Position numbers and translations under genes: made by a program. A stretch of 64,000 nucleotides of DNA, from contig JAYYFI010000014.1 in NCBI GenBank assembly GCA_036158955.1, positions 3,837 through 67,836 on the forward strand, in the 5' to 3' direction. The stretch's first letter is position 1, and each line of letters starts with the position of its first letter. Below are positions 18,261-29,786 of this stretch, in pieces. The notes below the pieces were generated by a model that saw only the letters and a program-made list of their open reading frames with translations, did not search any database and was not told the origin of the DNA. The stretch is from Pseudomonadota bacterium. Lineage in GTDB: Bacteria; Pseudomonadota; Gammaproteobacteria; Ga0077536.

Positions 18261-18289
18261 GAGCCATAACTAATTTTGGTTTGAATGCT

Positions 18290-19975
18290 CTAATCACCAT
18301 CTTCTTTCGAATCTAATTGTTCCTTCATTAAGTCGCCAAGAGTCGCTCGGTTTGATTGGGTCTCCGCACCATATTCTTCTAAAGCTGCTGCTTGCTCTTC
18401 AGATTCTTTGGCTTTGACAGATAACATAACCACTCTCTTTTTTCTATCAAATCCTGTTATCAGAGCTTCCAATGTATCACCCACCTTCACCAAGTTTTTC
18501 GCATCTTCCCCAACATTATCATTAGATAATTCTGAACTCTTAATTAAACCTTCTACACCATCAACGACTTCAACACAAACTTGTTTTGGCTCTACCGCGG
18601 TCACTTTCGCGGAGACTAAGGAACCTCGATGATTACCTTCTTGATAAATCGTAAATGGATCTTGGTCTAGTTGTTTGATACCAAGGGAAATTCTTTCTCT
18701 GGCCGCATCCACCGCTAATACCACCGCTTCAATTGGGTCGCCTTTTTTATAGTTTCTTACTGCATCTTCACCTGAATCATCCCAGGATAAATCCGACAGA
18801 TGAATAAGACCATCAATGCCGCCCTCTAGTCCAACGAAGATTCCAAAATCAGTGATCGACTTGATAACACCTGAAGCTTTATCATTTTTTTGGTGATTGA
18901 CGGAAAACTCCTCCCACGGATTAACTTTACATTGCTTCATGCCAAGGGATATCCGCCTCCTTTCTTGATCAATTTCTAATACCTTCACATCGACTTCATC
19001 ACCCAAATGAACTACCTTAGAAGGATGGACATTTTTATTTGTCCAATCCATTTCTGAGACGTGGACAAGACCTTCTACACCTTCTTCAATTTCAACGAAA
19101 CAACCATAGTCTGTGATATTTGAAACCTTACCATTTAAATTAGCGCCTTCTGGGAATCTGTTTAAAACATCTACCCAAGGGTCCTCACCCATTTGCTTTA
19201 ATCCTAAAGAAACCCGATTAGTCTCTGTGTCAAATTTTAGGACTTTTACCTTAATCTCGTCGCCAACAGCCACCAATTCAGATGGATGTTTTACCCTCTT
19301 CCAGGCCATATCCGTAATGTGCAGCAAACCGTCAACCCCACCTAAATCTACAAATGCGCCGTAATCAGTTAAGTTTTTGACTAAACCTGTCATAACAGCA
19401 CCTTCTGCCATCTGACTCAATACTGATTCCCTTTCTACTGAATTATCGCTCTCCACGACAGCACGCCTGGATACCACTGCATTATTGCGTTTTTTATCAA
19501 CCTTTATGACTTTGAAATCTATGGGTTTCCCCTCTAAATAACCCATATCTTTTACTGGGCGCACATCTACCAAAGAACCGGGCAAAAATGCCCTTACACT
19601 GCTGACATTTACAGTAAAGCCACCTTTAACTTTGTCTGTAATAATACCAGTGACCGTTTCCTGAGTTTCACAGGCTTTTTCAAGCTCAATCCAGGCCTTA
19701 GCTCTCTTTGCTTTTTCTCGTGAGAGTCGCGTTTCACCATAGCCATCTTCAACCGCATCAAGAGCAACCTCAACTTCATCTCCTATATTGACATCTAAAT
19801 CCCCTTTCTCATCCTTAAATTGGTCGATAGGGATTATTCCTTCTGATTTTAGACCAGCGTTAACAACTACGAAATCTGAACGAACATCCACTACCAGTCC
19901 GTTCATTATAGTTCCCGGTCTCATTTTGCTTACAATGTCGCTATTTTCAAATAATTCTGCAAAGCTTTCTGTCAT
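18290..19975 (-). CDS. rpsA: 30S ribosomal protein S1
   Basis: 561 aa with six S1 repeats (for example [21 protein letters not shown] segments). cmk-rpsA-ihfB context. Confidence 0.95.
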   Translation of the reverse strand: MTESFAELFENSDIVSKMRPGTIMNGLVVDVRSDFVVVNAGLKSEGIIPIDQFKDEKGDLDVNIGDEVEVALDAVEDGYGETRLSREKAKRAKAWIELEKACETQETVTGIITDKVKGGFTVNVSSVRAFLPGSLVDVRPVKDMGYLEGKPIDFKVIKVDKKRNNAVVSRRAVVESDNSVERESVLSQMAEGAVMTGLVKNLTDYGAFVDLGGVDGLLHITDMAWKRVKHPSELVAVGDEIKVKVLKFDTETNRVSLGLKQMGEDPWVDVLNRFPEGANLNGKVSNITDYGCFVEIEEGVEGLVHVSEMDWTNKNVHPSKVVHLGDEVDVKVLEIDQERRRISLGMKQCKVNPWEEFSVNHQKNDKASGVIKSITDFGIFVGLEGGIDGLIHLSDLSWDDSGEDAVRNYKKGDPIEAVVLAVDAARERISLGIKQLDQDPFTIYQEGNHRGSLVSAKVTAVEPKQVCVEVVDGVEGLIKSSELSNDNVGEDAKNLVKVGDTLEALITGFDRKKRVVMLSVKAKESEEQAAALEEYGAETQSNRATLGDLMKEQLDSKEDGD

Positions 19976-19988
19976 TAAAATTCCATTA

Positions 19989-20693
19989 TTATTTATCTAT
20001 TTTCTCGAAACGTTTTCTTGCAAGGTTTTCCACTAGACTCATTACCTCTCCCACTGACAAACAAGTTGTATCAATTACTACTGAATCAGAGTGGGGTACA
20101 AGAGGAGATTCCAGTCTATTCCTATCTCGCTCATCTCTAACTAGAATTTCATCAATGAGTTGCGGGATTTTAACAGTGATCCCCATTTCTTTCAACTGGT
20201 TACAGCGCCTCCTTGCTCTTTCCTCAACTCCTGCCGTGATAAATATCTTCAATTGAGCATTTGGGAAGATTATTGTCCCCATGTCCCTTCCCTCCGCAAC
20301 TAGCCCAGGAAATTTTACAAAACCACGTTGTTTTCCCACCAATTCATCTCTTATTTTTTTGTTAATCGCTATTTTTGATGCTAAACCTCCATGATATTCA
20401 TCTGCAATTATATCGGTTATATCTTCATCTTCACAGATGACTTTTGTTCCACTTGGACATGATCTAAATTCAAACTTTGCTTCTCTAACAATTTCAAGAA
20501 CCCTCGACTCTTCGCTTATTGGTATTCTCTTCTTTTTTGCTAAGAATGCTGTTGCTCTATAAATATATCCGGAATTAAGAAGATTCCATCCAAAAAGCGC
20601 TGACAAATTAGAAGCAATCGCACCTTTTCCTGCACCACTTGGGCCATCAATAGTAATAACTGGAATGAGAGGATTACTTAAAGTTACCATCAT
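19989..20693 (-). CDS. cmk: cytidylate kinase
   Basis: P-loop [12 protein letters not shown]. 234 aa. Confidence 0.9.
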   Translation of the reverse strand: MMVTLSNPLIPVITIDGPSGAGKGAIASNLSALFGWNLLNSGYIYRATAFLAKKKRIPISEESRVLEIVREAKFEFRSCPSGTKVICEDEDITDIIADEYHGGLASKIAINKKIRDELVGKQRGFVKFPGLVAEGRDMGTIIFPNAQLKIFITAGVEERARRRCNQLKEMGITVKIPQLIDEILVRDERDRNRLESPLVPHSDSVVIDTTCLSVGEVMSLVENLARKRFEKIDK

Positions 20694-20703
20694 AAATTTT
20701 TCT

Positions 20704-21996
20704 CTATCTAACGATTAAACCAAGTGTATTTGCCAAGTCTAAAAAATTAGGGAAAGAAGTAGAAATTTGCTCAGTATTGGCAACCCTGATTGACCCACTA
20801 GCCCTAAGACTTGCAATTATAAAAGACATAGCACAGCGATGATCCCCTTTTGCGTCTACCGAACCACCAGTAAAAGTTCCGCCTTCAATCTCCATTCCGT
20901 CAGGATGTTGTTTAAGTTTTATCCCAAGTTCACTAAGACCAGTGGCCATAACTGCAAGTCGATCGCTTTCCTTAAACCTTAATTCCTGCGCGCCTTTTAG
21001 TACTGTTATACCAGTAGCGCAAGCTGCCGCAATGAAAAAAATAGGGAACTCATCAATTGCCGAAGGAATCAAACTAGGATCTACATTAATCCCAACCAAC
21101 CTGCTTTGGTAAACTCTTATGTCACCAACCGGTTCGAATTCATCAGACATAACATTTATTTCAATTTTCGCCCCCATTTCTCTTAAAATCTTAATGAGAC
21201 CTGTTCTTGTTGGGTTCAAACCAACGTTCCTAATCAAAAGGTCGCCCTGATTGGCAATTATCGCTCCCACTATCAAAAAGGCGGCTGAAGAAAAATCTCC
21301 TGGTATCGAAAAGTCCACGGCTCTTAAGCCCGTATTTCCTCTTAAAGAGACGATTCCTTCTTCTGTTTTAATATCCGCGCCAAACAAAGACAACATTCTT
21401 TCTGTATGATCTCGCGTTTGAATTTTTTCCCGAATGATAGTTTCACCCGCACAACTAAGACCGGCCAATAGTACGGCCGATTTTACTTGGGCGCTTGCTA
21501 TTGGAGGTTCAAATTCAATCGCCTTTAAAGAATTAGAGCCAGAAATCAAAACAGGTGGGTATTCGTCATTCATTAGTTGAATTTTAGCCCCCATTTTTTC
21601 CAGGGGTTCGGACACCCTTCTCATAGGTCGCTTCTGCAGCGACTCGTCTCCAGTGAGACAGGCTGCTATTCTCATACCAGCAAGCAACCCCATCAACAAC
21701 CTAATTGAAGTGCCTGAGTTTCCCAGGTTCAAATTATAATCGCCCTGGGTTAAAGACATGTTACAACCAGTAATAGTTAAAGTATTTTCTAAAGCTATTT
21801 CTATATCAATACCAAAATTCTTAAATGCTCTTATTGTCGCTAAGACATCATCCCCCATTAAACAATTATTAATCGTAGATTTGCCACGCGCTAGACTACC
21901 AAAAATTATCGCTCTATGAGAAATTGATTTATCTCCAGGGATAATTACTTCGCCGACAATCTTGCCGCTATTTTTGGCAACCAGTTTATTATTCAA
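20704..21996 (-). CDS. aroA: 3-phosphoshikimate 1-carboxyvinyltransferase (EPSP synthase)
   Basis: LGNSGTSIRLL and RFKESDRL motifs. 430 aa. Confidence 0.95.
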   Translation of the reverse strand: MNNKLVAKNSGKIVGEVIIPGDKSISHRAIIFGSLARGKSTINNCLMGDDVLATIRAFKNFGIDIEIALENTLTITGCNMSLTQGDYNLNLGNSGTSIRLLMGLLAGMRIAACLTGDESLQKRPMRRVSEPLEKMGAKIQLMNDEYPPVLISGSNSLKAIEFEPPIASAQVKSAVLLAGLSCAGETIIREKIQTRDHTERMLSLFGADIKTEEGIVSLRGNTGLRAVDFSIPGDFSSAAFLIVGAIIANQGDLLIRNVGLNPTRTGLIKILREMGAKIEINVMSDEFEPVGDIRVYQSRLVGINVDPSLIPSAIDEFPIFFIAAACATGITVLKGAQELRFKESDRLAVMATGLSELGIKLKQHPDGMEIEGGTFTGGSVDAKGDHRCAMSFIIASLRASGSIRVANTEQISTSFPNFLDLANTLGLIVR

Positions 21997-22019
21997 TTAA
22001 CGTTCCTAATTTAATATTC

Positions 22020-22868
22020 CTAATCTTTTAATTTTATTTTGGCTTTTCGCGCAACCTCAAGATAAGAACTTAATGCTACTGAATCCTCGCGTTCTAACAT
22101 CATTTGAAATGTATTCAAATTTTCAATAAACAACTGACACATATCTATAATATTTTTCTTATTATTTAAAAAAATATCTAACCACAAGGCAGGGGAGCTC
22201 TCAGCTACACGTGTCAAGTCCTTAAAACTACCACCAATAAAATATTCTAACTCTGCTACTTCTAGTGTTTGAACAGTATTCATTGCCATATAAGCCAAAA
22301 TGTGAGGAATGTGGGATGTAGCCGCTAAGAATTTATCGTGTAATGAGGCATCCACAATTAGTGGTTTAGCGCCTATATCTTTCCATATCTCAGTTACAAA
22401 CTCCAACGCATGTTTATTTGTTTCCTTCAAAGGAGTAAGCAAAACAGGGGAATCTCGAAATAAATTTTCTTTGGAGTTTTCGGGGCCTGATAACTCTAAG
22501 CCAGAAATAGGATGGCCAGGAACAAAATTCGATATTTTATGCTCTAAAAATTGCTTTGCGATCTCGATAACTGGCTCTTTCACACTGCACACATCAGTTA
22601 TTATAATTGGGTTTTTTATTTTATTAAGTTGAATAAAAATTTTCTTTAACTCTGCTGTTGGAACGGAAATAATAATCAGATCTTGGTCAAGATTTTCTTC
22701 ATTGATTTCCTGTATCAAATGTTCTACTAATTTATTTTTTAGAGCGAAATTAGCGTTTTGCGGATTTATATCAAATCCAGTTATGGCAACTTCTTTTAAT
22801 GAACGTTTTAAAGATTTAGCAATCGAGCCTCCAATCAAACCAAGCCCTATAATCCCAACTTTAAGCAT
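22020..22868 (-). CDS. tyrA: prephenate (or arogenate) dehydrogenase
   Basis: Rossmann motif GIIGLGLIGGS and VPGHPISG core motif. Lies between pheA and aroA. Confidence 0.8.
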   Translation of the reverse strand: MLKVGIIGLGLIGGSIAKSLKRSLKEVAITGFDINPQNANFALKNKLVEHLIQEINEENLDQDLIIISVPTAELKKIFIQLNKIKNPIIITDVCSVKEPVIEIAKQFLEHKISNFVPGHPISGLELSGPENSKENLFRDSPVLLTPLKETNKHALEFVTEIWKDIGAKPLIVDASLHDKFLAATSHIPHILAYMAMNTVQTLEVAELEYFIGGSFKDLTRVAESSPALWLDIFLNNKKNIIDMCQLFIENLNTFQMMLEREDSVALSSYLEVARKAKIKLKD

Positions 22869-22885
22869 GCCGTTTCTCCCGCCCT

Positions 22886-23968
22886 TTAAAATGCCTGAGG
22901 ATAACTTCCAAGTATCTTAAGCATAGAGACTTTTTTGCTAACTTCTTTAAGCGCCGCTTGTAACGGCTCATCGTCGGAATGTCCGACAAGATCTACATAG
23001 AAAACGTATTCCCAAAGATCTTGGCCCGAAGGTCTAGATTCTATTTTTGATAAACTAATACCGGCATTGTAAAAGCTTGTTAAAACATCATAAAGCGCTC
23101 CAAATTGATTTTTTACTCCAAACGCAATTGATGTCCGATCTTGCCCAGTAGTGTTATTTATTTCTCCCCCTAATACAATAAACCTAGTAGTATTGTCGTT
23201 AGAATCATTAATGTTTGCTTCTAAACTTGGTATCTTGTATATTTCAGAGGCCTGCGAACTTGCTATTGATGCTGATTTTTTCTCAATAAGGCTTTTCTGA
23301 ACCGCCGCAGAATTACTACTGACACTGACCAAATTTACATTTGGGAGATTAGTTTTTAGCCAAAGTCTACACTGAGATAAGGATTGTTGATGCGCAAATA
23401 CTGTCTCAATATCCTCTAGACTCTCTTCAGTTGAAAGTAGGTGGTGTTTTATAACCAAATACACCTCTCCTATAATGTGAGCAGTGTTATTTATCAAACT
23501 ATCGAGTGATTCAGTTACAGAACCACCGTATGAGTTTTCGATTGGCACAATTCCATAGTCCGCATTACCAATTTCTATTGCTCTAAAAACGGAGGAGATA
23601 TCACCACATGAATGCTTCTCTATAAAACCCCCAAAATGCTTAAGCATAGCTGACTCCGTATAAGAGCCCTCGGGCCCCAAATAAGCCACCCGAGGTTTTG
23701 CTTCTAGAGATCTGCATGATGAAATTATGTCTTTAAAAATTGCCACAACGGACTGCTCACTGAGTGGCCCTTGATTCTCTTTTAAGAGTCGCCGGATAAC
23801 CAGAGCCTCACGATCAGGTCTATATACGACCCCAGGCTTAATTTGATTTTTTTTTACAAGCCCTATTTGTTTTGCTAGATCCGCTCGCTTATTCATTAGA
23901 CTCAGCAGACTGACATCTACCTCATCAATTATTTTTCTCAATTTGTCGATTTCAGATGAATCTACCAT
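22886..23968 (-). CDS. pheA: bifunctional chorismate mutase / prephenate dehydratase
   Basis: N-terminal chorismate mutase helix region, prephenate dehydratase domain, and C-terminal ACT domain with the ESRP motif (LSKIESRPS). Confidence 0.9.
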   Translation of the reverse strand: MVDSSEIDKLRKIIDEVDVSLLSLMNKRADLAKQIGLVKKNQIKPGVVYRPDREALVIRRLLKENQGPLSEQSVVAIFKDIISSCRSLEAKPRVAYLGPEGSYTESAMLKHFGGFIEKHSCGDISSVFRAIEIGNADYGIVPIENSYGGSVTESLDSLINNTAHIIGEVYLVIKHHLLSTEESLEDIETVFAHQQSLSQCRLWLKTNLPNVNLVSVSSNSAAVQKSLIEKKSASIASSQASEIYKIPSLEANINDSNDNTTRFIVLGGEINNTTGQDRTSIAFGVKNQFGALYDVLTSFYNAGISLSKIESRPSGQDLWEYVFYVDLVGHSDDEPLQAALKEVSKKVSMLKILGSYPQAF

Positions 23969-24004
23969 TTTTCTTAGCTCGGCAATCCAATTAATTTCAG
24001 CTCT

Positions 24005-26566
24005 TTATTTGTTATCGTCGGAGTCCTCTAGTTCAACTATGATCTCTAATCCAACTAGTTTTTCTGATTCACTGTCAAATTTTTGCAATCTGATACCTTG
24101 AGTATTCCGTCCTATAGTACTAATACCTCCGACGGCTTGCCGTACTAGCATTCCTTGATTTGTTATCAACATTACTTCATCGTCTTCTCCAACCGGTGCA
24201 GCGCCGACAACACTACCATTTCTGCTAGTTGTCTGAATCGCTATAACACCCTTGCCACCTCTACTTCTTATTGGAAAGTCATTATAGTAAGTTCTTTTTC
24301 CGTAACCATTTTCGGTCACTAGCAATACTTGCTGATCATCGCTAACAGTCAATAAAGCTATTGTTTTTGCAGACCCTTCAAGTAGAATCCCCCTCACTCC
24401 TCGCGCTGATCTTCCCATAGATCTTACGTTACTTTCACTAAATTTGACTGCTTTACCTTGAGAGCTTACTAACATTATTTCATTGTCGCCATCTGTAAGT
24501 ATCGCACCTATAAGATAATCATCGTCTCCAAGACCAACTGCTATTATTCCCGATGGCCTAGGTCGTGAAAAGTTTGCAAGTTCCGTTTTTTTAATCAGAC
24601 CCTTTGCGGTAGCCATAACGACATAATTATTTTTATTAAATTCCTTAATTGGTAAAACCGTTGTAATTTTTTCTCCATCACTCAATGGTAGTAAGTTAAC
24701 CAGAGGTTTTCCTCGTGCTGTTCTGCTTCCCTGGGGTAATTGGTAGACCTTGAGCCAAAAAACTTTGCCTAGATTCGAAAAACAAAGAAGCGTCTCGTGA
24801 GAATTGGCGACGAATAGTTTTTCCACAAAATCTTCTTGTTTTGTCGTAGCTGCTGTCTTTCCTCGCCCACCCCTGCGTTGGGATTTATATGTATCCACTG
24901 ATTGAGCTTTGGCATAACCCTCATGCGAAAAAGTCACAACAAGGTCTTCTTCGGGAATCAGATCCTCTGTCAGAAGATCCTCTCGAATGGAATTGATCCG
25001 AGTTCTCCTTTCATCCCCAAACTGATTTTTTATGTCTATCAACTCTTCTCTAATAACTCGCATTAATTCGACCGTTTCATTAAGTATTTTCAGAAGCTCG
25101 ATTATTCTCAAATTTACACTACGATATTCGTTGGTAATTTTGTCTTGCTCCAATCCAGTCAACCTTTGAAGCCTCATTTCTAAAATATCTTTTGCCTGAC
25201 TTTCAGACAGATTATAGAGCCCAGACTCTAACAACGATGATTCTAAACCAGTGTTTTGCTCAAGAATTTGCTCCCTATCGAACTGACTAATCATTTCAAT
25301 TACAAAGGTACCAGGAGGCCAGCTTCTAGTAATTAACTTACTCCTAGCCTCTTCCGGGTTTTTTGATTGTTTAATCAAATCTACGATTTCATCTACATTA
25401 GCAAGAGCAACAGCAAGCCCTTCCAGGGTAACCATACGTTCGATTGTTTTCTTAAGTTGAAAAATTGTCCGGCGAGTTACCACCTCTCGTCTATGGTTAA
25501 TAAAACAATCTAGAGACTGCCTTAAATTTAAAACTTGAGGTTTCCCATCTACCAAGGCAACAATATTTATACCAAAAACCGTTTGTAACTGAGTTTGGGA
25601 ATACAAGTTATTTAGAAAAACTTCTGAGTTCTCTCCTCTTTTCAACTCAATTACGATCCTCATGCCATCCTTATCGGACTCATCTCTTAAACCATCTTGA
25701 CTAATTCCATCAATTTTCTTTTCTCGCACTAATTCAGCGATCTTCTCAATCAATCGTGCTTTGTTCACCTGATAAGGTAATTCAGTAATAACGATCGTCT
25801 GCTGACCGTTAGATTTTTCCTCTACATTCGCTTTACCTCTTATGTAAACTCTTCCACGACCTGTTCTGTAGGCTTCTTTTATTCCTTCGGCACCATTAAT
25901 TTCTCCCGCGGTCGGAAAATCTGGACCCGGAAGAAATGAAATTAGTTCATCATCAGATATATTCGGATCGTCAATTAAAAGAATACATGTGTCTATTATT
26001 TCGATTAAATTATGAGGAGGTATGTTAGTCGCCATGCCAACAGCGATTCCACTTGCCCCATTAACAAGCAAATTTGGAATTTTGGAAGGAAGGACAGAGG
26101 GCTCAAATTCTTTACCGTCGTAGTTAGGTATAAAATCGACGGTTTCCATTTCTATATCCGAAAGCAATTCTGTGGATATCTTAGAAAGACGACATTCGGT
26201 ATACCGCATGGCAGCTGGCGCATCACCATCTATTGACCCAAAGTTACCTTGCCCGTCAACAAGAGTATTTCTTAAAGAAAAATTTTGGGCCATCCTGACC
26301 AAAGCATCATAGATAGCATTATCACCGTGAGGATGATATTTCCCCATTACATCGCCCACAACCCTGGCGCATTTCACGTACGGTCGATTCCATGCAACAT
26401 TACTTTCACTCATCGCATAAAGAACCCTTCTGTGGACCGGTTTTAAACCATCTCGCGCGTCGGGTAGCGCTCTCCCTACGATAACGCTCATTGCGTAATC
26501 CATATAGGAATCCCGCATCTCGTCTTCAATATTTACTTTAATTGTTTGAGGGAAATTCTCTTGCAT
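24005..26566 (-). CDS. gyrA: DNA gyrase subunit A
   Basis: [12 protein letters not shown] (QRDR region), active-site AAMRYTE, and C-terminal beta-pinwheel repeats. 853 aa. Confidence 0.95.
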   Translation of the reverse strand: MQENFPQTIKVNIEDEMRDSYMDYAMSVIVGRALPDARDGLKPVHRRVLYAMSESNVAWNRPYVKCARVVGDVMGKYHPHGDNAIYDALVRMAQNFSLRNTLVDGQGNFGSIDGDAPAAMRYTECRLSKISTELLSDIEMETVDFIPNYDGKEFEPSVLPSKIPNLLVNGASGIAVGMATNIPPHNLIEIIDTCILLIDDPNISDDELISFLPGPDFPTAGEINGAEGIKEAYRTGRGRVYIRGKANVEEKSNGQQTIVITELPYQVNKARLIEKIAELVREKKIDGISQDGLRDESDKDGMRIVIELKRGENSEVFLNNLYSQTQLQTVFGINIVALVDGKPQVLNLRQSLDCFINHRREVVTRRTIFQLKKTIERMVTLEGLAVALANVDEIVDLIKQSKNPEEARSKLITRSWPPGTFVIEMISQFDREQILEQNTGLESSLLESGLYNLSESQAKDILEMRLQRLTGLEQDKITNEYRSVNLRIIELLKILNETVELMRVIREELIDIKNQFGDERRTRINSIREDLLTEDLIPEEDLVVTFSHEGYAKAQSVDTYKSQRRGGRGKTAATTKQEDFVEKLFVANSHETLLCFSNLGKVFWLKVYQLPQGSRTARGKPLVNLLPLSDGEKITTVLPIKEFNKNNYVVMATAKGLIKKTELANFSRPRPSGIIAVGLGDDDYLIGAILTDGDNEIMLVSSQGKAVKFSESNVRSMGRSARGVRGILLEGSAKTIALLTVSDDQQVLLVTENGYGKRTYYNDFPIRSRGGKGVIAIQTTSRNGSVVGAAPVGEDDEVMLITNQGMLVRQAVGGISTIGRNTQGIRLQKFDSESEKLVGLEIIVELEDSDDNK

Positions 26567-26646
26567 TTCTGATGTAAATTACTGGTATCTTTTGACGTAA
26601 TATAAAGTCAAATTTTAACATAGGATGGATATTTTAGCACCAAGAA

Positions 26647-27687
26647 TCATATATTCGAACCGCACATCAAATTAGTTATTTTTTCATCATTAGGATCCCA
26701 AATAGCGCCTTTTTCCGTTACCAACACGTCAATTAGACTGCTGGGAGTCACATCAAAGACTGGATTAAATACATTGGCCTTTTCTGGGGCAATCAGTTGA
26801 TTATTAAAATATTTTACTTCTTCCTCTCGCCTTTGCTCGATGCAAACATCAAATCCTGACTCTGTAGCTAAATCAATAGTTGAAGTTGGGGCAACAACCA
26901 TAAACTTGGTATCATGCTTCTCTGCAAGTATTGCTAAGTTATAAGTACCAATCTTGTTTATAACGTCCCCATTTAAGGTTACTCTGTCAGCTCCCACAAT
27001 TACCCAATCAATACATTCACTATTCATTAAGTAACCAGCCGCACTATCTATTATTATGGTTACGCTGAGCTTATCAAAAAGCAATTCACTCGCCGTTAAT
27101 CTTGAGCCTTGAAACCATGGTCTAGTTTCTGTCGCGTATATTTTTTTAATATTACCATCCTGTGATGCTTTCCTTACAACGCCCAATGCTGTTCCATACC
27201 CACTGGTCGCAAGAGCGCCAGCGTTACAATGTGTGATAATTGAAGAATTCGGCAAAATCAAATCTGCGCCTATTTCACCCATTTTATAATTGCCTTCTAA
27301 ATCCGAGTTATGGACACTTATAGCCTCTTTAATTAATAAATCATAAAGATTATCTGATGAATTTTTTTCTGCTACAGAGATCATTCTTGATAACGCCCAA
27401 TTGAGATTTATAGCTGTGGGACGCGAAGTTCCTAGCTTCTTTGCGGCTTTTTTCAAATATTCTAACTCACCATTTTCCTCATTTTTTTTATAATCTTTAA
27501 CTGCAAGGACAAGCCCATATGCTGCAGTGACGCCAATAGCCGGAGCACCTCTGACTATCATTTTTTTTATAGCCTTATAAACATCATTAACGCAAGTACA
27601 GGTAACGTAACAAAGTTTATTGGGTAGTTTCCTTTGATCCAATAAAATAAGTTTATTTTTATCCCAGTGTATCGGTTTCATAGTCAT
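26647..27687 (-). CDS. mtnA: S-methyl-5-thioribose-1-phosphate isomerase
   Basis: eIF-2B-like family motifs VRGAPAIG, ETRPWFQGSRLTA and VGADRV. Confidence 0.85.
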   Translation of the reverse strand: MTMKPIHWDKNKLILLDQRKLPNKLCYVTCTCVNDVYKAIKKMIVRGAPAIGVTAAYGLVLAVKDYKKNEENGELEYLKKAAKKLGTSRPTAINLNWALSRMISVAEKNSSDNLYDLLIKEAISVHNSDLEGNYKMGEIGADLILPNSSIITHCNAGALATSGYGTALGVVRKASQDGNIKKIYATETRPWFQGSRLTASELLFDKLSVTIIIDSAAGYLMNSECIDWVIVGADRVTLNGDVINKIGTYNLAILAEKHDTKFMVVAPTSTIDLATESGFDVCIEQRREEEVKYFNNQLIAPEKANVFNPVFDVTPSSLIDVLVTEKGAIWDPNDEKITNLMCGSNI

Positions 27688-27770
27688 CCATGTGGCTGTT
27701 TATATGCTTTTTCTGTAAACTAAACACTAATAACTTTTTATTTGACCTATTTTAATTAATCTTAAGTGTT

Positions 27771-29096
27771 ATGGAGCATAAAAATATAGCATTACATGCT
27801 GATTGGATTGTACCAATCGTTCCATCTAATGTCTGCCTAAAGGACTACACTTTGGTAATTAACGAGAATATTATAGAAAATATTCTGCCCACCGCCCACT
27901 GGAATCCAAAAGAGCGCCAAGGTAAAGTTGAGGAAATCCAACTTAAAGATACGATTTTAATACCTGGCCTTATCAATAGCCATACCCATGCAGCAATGTC
28001 ACTTTTGGGAAATTATGCTGACGATGTTTCATTAAACGAATGGCTTTTTAGTTATATTTGGCCGATAGAAAACAAACTTTTAAGTAATAAATTTGTCAAA
28101 GATGGAACCGAATTAGCTGTGGCTGAAATGTTGCTTGGTGGCACGACTTGTTTTAATGATATGTATTTTTTTGGAGAAGAAACAGCTCGAGTCTGCATAG
28201 ACGCAGGCATTAGAAGCAATATAGGGATGACAATAATAGATTTCCCTTCCAATTATGGCTCATCAGCGGAGGAGTATTTAAGGAAAGGTCAAACTATGCA
28301 TGATAAATTCAAAAGTCATCCACTTATAACCACCGCCTTCGCCCCGCATGCAATCTATTCGGTGTCTGAATCAATGCTATCAAAGATTGCTATTTTGGCA
28401 GAAGAACTTGATGTTCAAATTCATATGCATATTAATGAATCCAACCAAGAAATTTCTAAATCACTTGAAGAAACCGGTAAGACCCCTCTTCAAAGATTAG
28501 AAAAACTAAATATCTTAACTGAAAGGTTAATGGCTGTTCACATGGTTGAAAGCAAAGAGGAAGATTTAAAGATTTTAGCTAGCAAGGGGGTTAACGTGGT
28601 TCATTGTCCCACAAGCAACCTAAAATTAGGGTGTGGGATTATGCCTTTACAAAAATTAAAAGAAAAAGGAATTAACATTTGCATTGGAACTGACGGTTCA
28701 GCAAGTAACAATTCCCTCAATATGCTATCAGAAGTTAAACTTGCATCACTATTAACAAAAGGTATAGCAAAAAACGGAAGTATTATTAATGCTTTCGAGG
28801 CACTGGAAATGGCAACAATTAACGCAGCCAAAGCTCTCGGGCTAGCAAACCAAATCGGCAGCCTCGAGAAAAACAAATTTGCTGACATAGTGGCCATCAA
28901 CGTAAATAATATCGGCTCGAGCCCATTATTTAACCCAGAAAATCAATTGATCAGTAAAGGCGGGCAAAATAAAGTGACTAACGTTTGGGTTCATGGAAAA
29001 AGATTAGTCAAAGACTGCGAATTAATTACACTCGATGTTTCTAATATAATTAATAAAGCGAAACTGTGGGAGAATTTGATCAAAGATACAACATAG
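27771..29096 (+). CDS. mtaD: amidohydrolase, 5'-methylthioadenosine/S-adenosylhomocysteine deaminase-like
   Basis: Metal-binding motifs INSHTHAAM, HMHINES and GTDGSASNN. Divergent from mtnA. Confidence 0.75.
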   Translation: MEHKNIALHADWIVPIVPSNVCLKDYTLVINENIIENILPTAHWNPKERQGKVEEIQLKDTILIPGLINSHTHAAMSLLGNYADDVSLNEWLFSYIWPIENKLLSNKFVKDGTELAVAEMLLGGTTCFNDMYFFGEETARVCIDAGIRSNIGMTIIDFPSNYGSSAEEYLRKGQTMHDKFKSHPLITTAFAPHAIYSVSESMLSKIAILAEELDVQIHMHINESNQEISKSLEETGKTPLQRLEKLNILTERLMAVHMVESKEEDLKILASKGVNVVHCPTSNLKLGCGIMPLQKLKEKGINICIGTDGSASNNSLNMLSEVKLASLLTKGIAKNGSIINAFEALEMATINAAKALGLANQIGSLEKNKFADIVAINVNNIGSSPLFNPENQLISKGGQNKVTNVWVHGKRLVKDCELITLDVSNIINKAKLWENLIKDTT

Positions 29097-29097
29097 G

Positions 29098-29703
29098 CTA
29101 AACCCTAGAAGAGCACGAATCCCATAAATTTAAGATCTTACAAAAAAGATCTGCAGTTCCTTCTGCGTCATACACTGCCGAATGAGCTTGAGAAGGATCC
29201 CATTTTAGTTTGGCTGAAGACATTGCCCTTGCTAATACAGTCTGCCCAAAGAATACGCCAGAGAGAGTTGCTGTATCAAATGAACTAAAGCTATGTAGAG
29301 GAAATTTTTGAATTTTATTTCTTTTCAGCGCTTCATTTATAAAAGACAAATCAAATGAAGCGTTATGCCCGGTCAAAATAGCGCGCTTACAATCAACTTG
29401 CGACAAGTGTTTTAATAACTTCTTTTTTATGTCTTCGAAAAACGTTTTTTCGTCAACAGCAAATCTGAAAGGGTGAGTTGGATCAATTTTATTAAAATTT
29501 AACGCGCTGGGATCTATGTTTGAGTTTTCAAATGGCTCAATGTGATAGTGTTCTGTTGCAACCCTTTGCCAACCCCTTAAGTCATCATAATCAATAAATA
29601 CAAATGCCGCTTCTAATAAGGCATCTCTATTTGGATTGAAACCGCCGGTTTCTACATCAACTACGACCGGTAAAAAACCACGAAATCTCTGTGATATTTT
29701 CAT
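29098..29703 (-). CDS. rnt: ribonuclease T
   Basis: DEDDh exonuclease motifs VVVDVETGG, GHNASFD and HSAVYDAE. 201 aa. Confidence 0.85.
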   Translation of the reverse strand: MKISQRFRGFLPVVVDVETGGFNPNRDALLEAAFVFIDYDDLRGWQRVATEHYHIEPFENSNIDPSALNFNKIDPTHPFRFAVDEKTFFEDIKKKLLKHLSQVDCKRAILTGHNASFDLSFINEALKRNKIQKFPLHSFSSFDTATLSGVFFGQTVLARAMSSAKLKWDPSQAHSAVYDAEGTADLFCKILNLWDSCSSRV

Positions 29704-29786
29704 CCAGAAACCTTTATCAATTTTTACAACACATTGAATAATTTGCGTATATAATCTTAATCTTTAGTCTAGATTTTTGCAATTTT

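Noticed and set aside
26591-26612. Inverted repeat TTTGAC-N10-GTCAAA between mtnA and gyrA, considered as a terminator
   Set aside because: It is only a 6-bp stem with two G-C pairs. The T-run follows it on the plus strand, where no gene ends. On the minus strand, the direction of both neighbouring genes, it is followed by A-rich sequence. Not convincing as a terminator.
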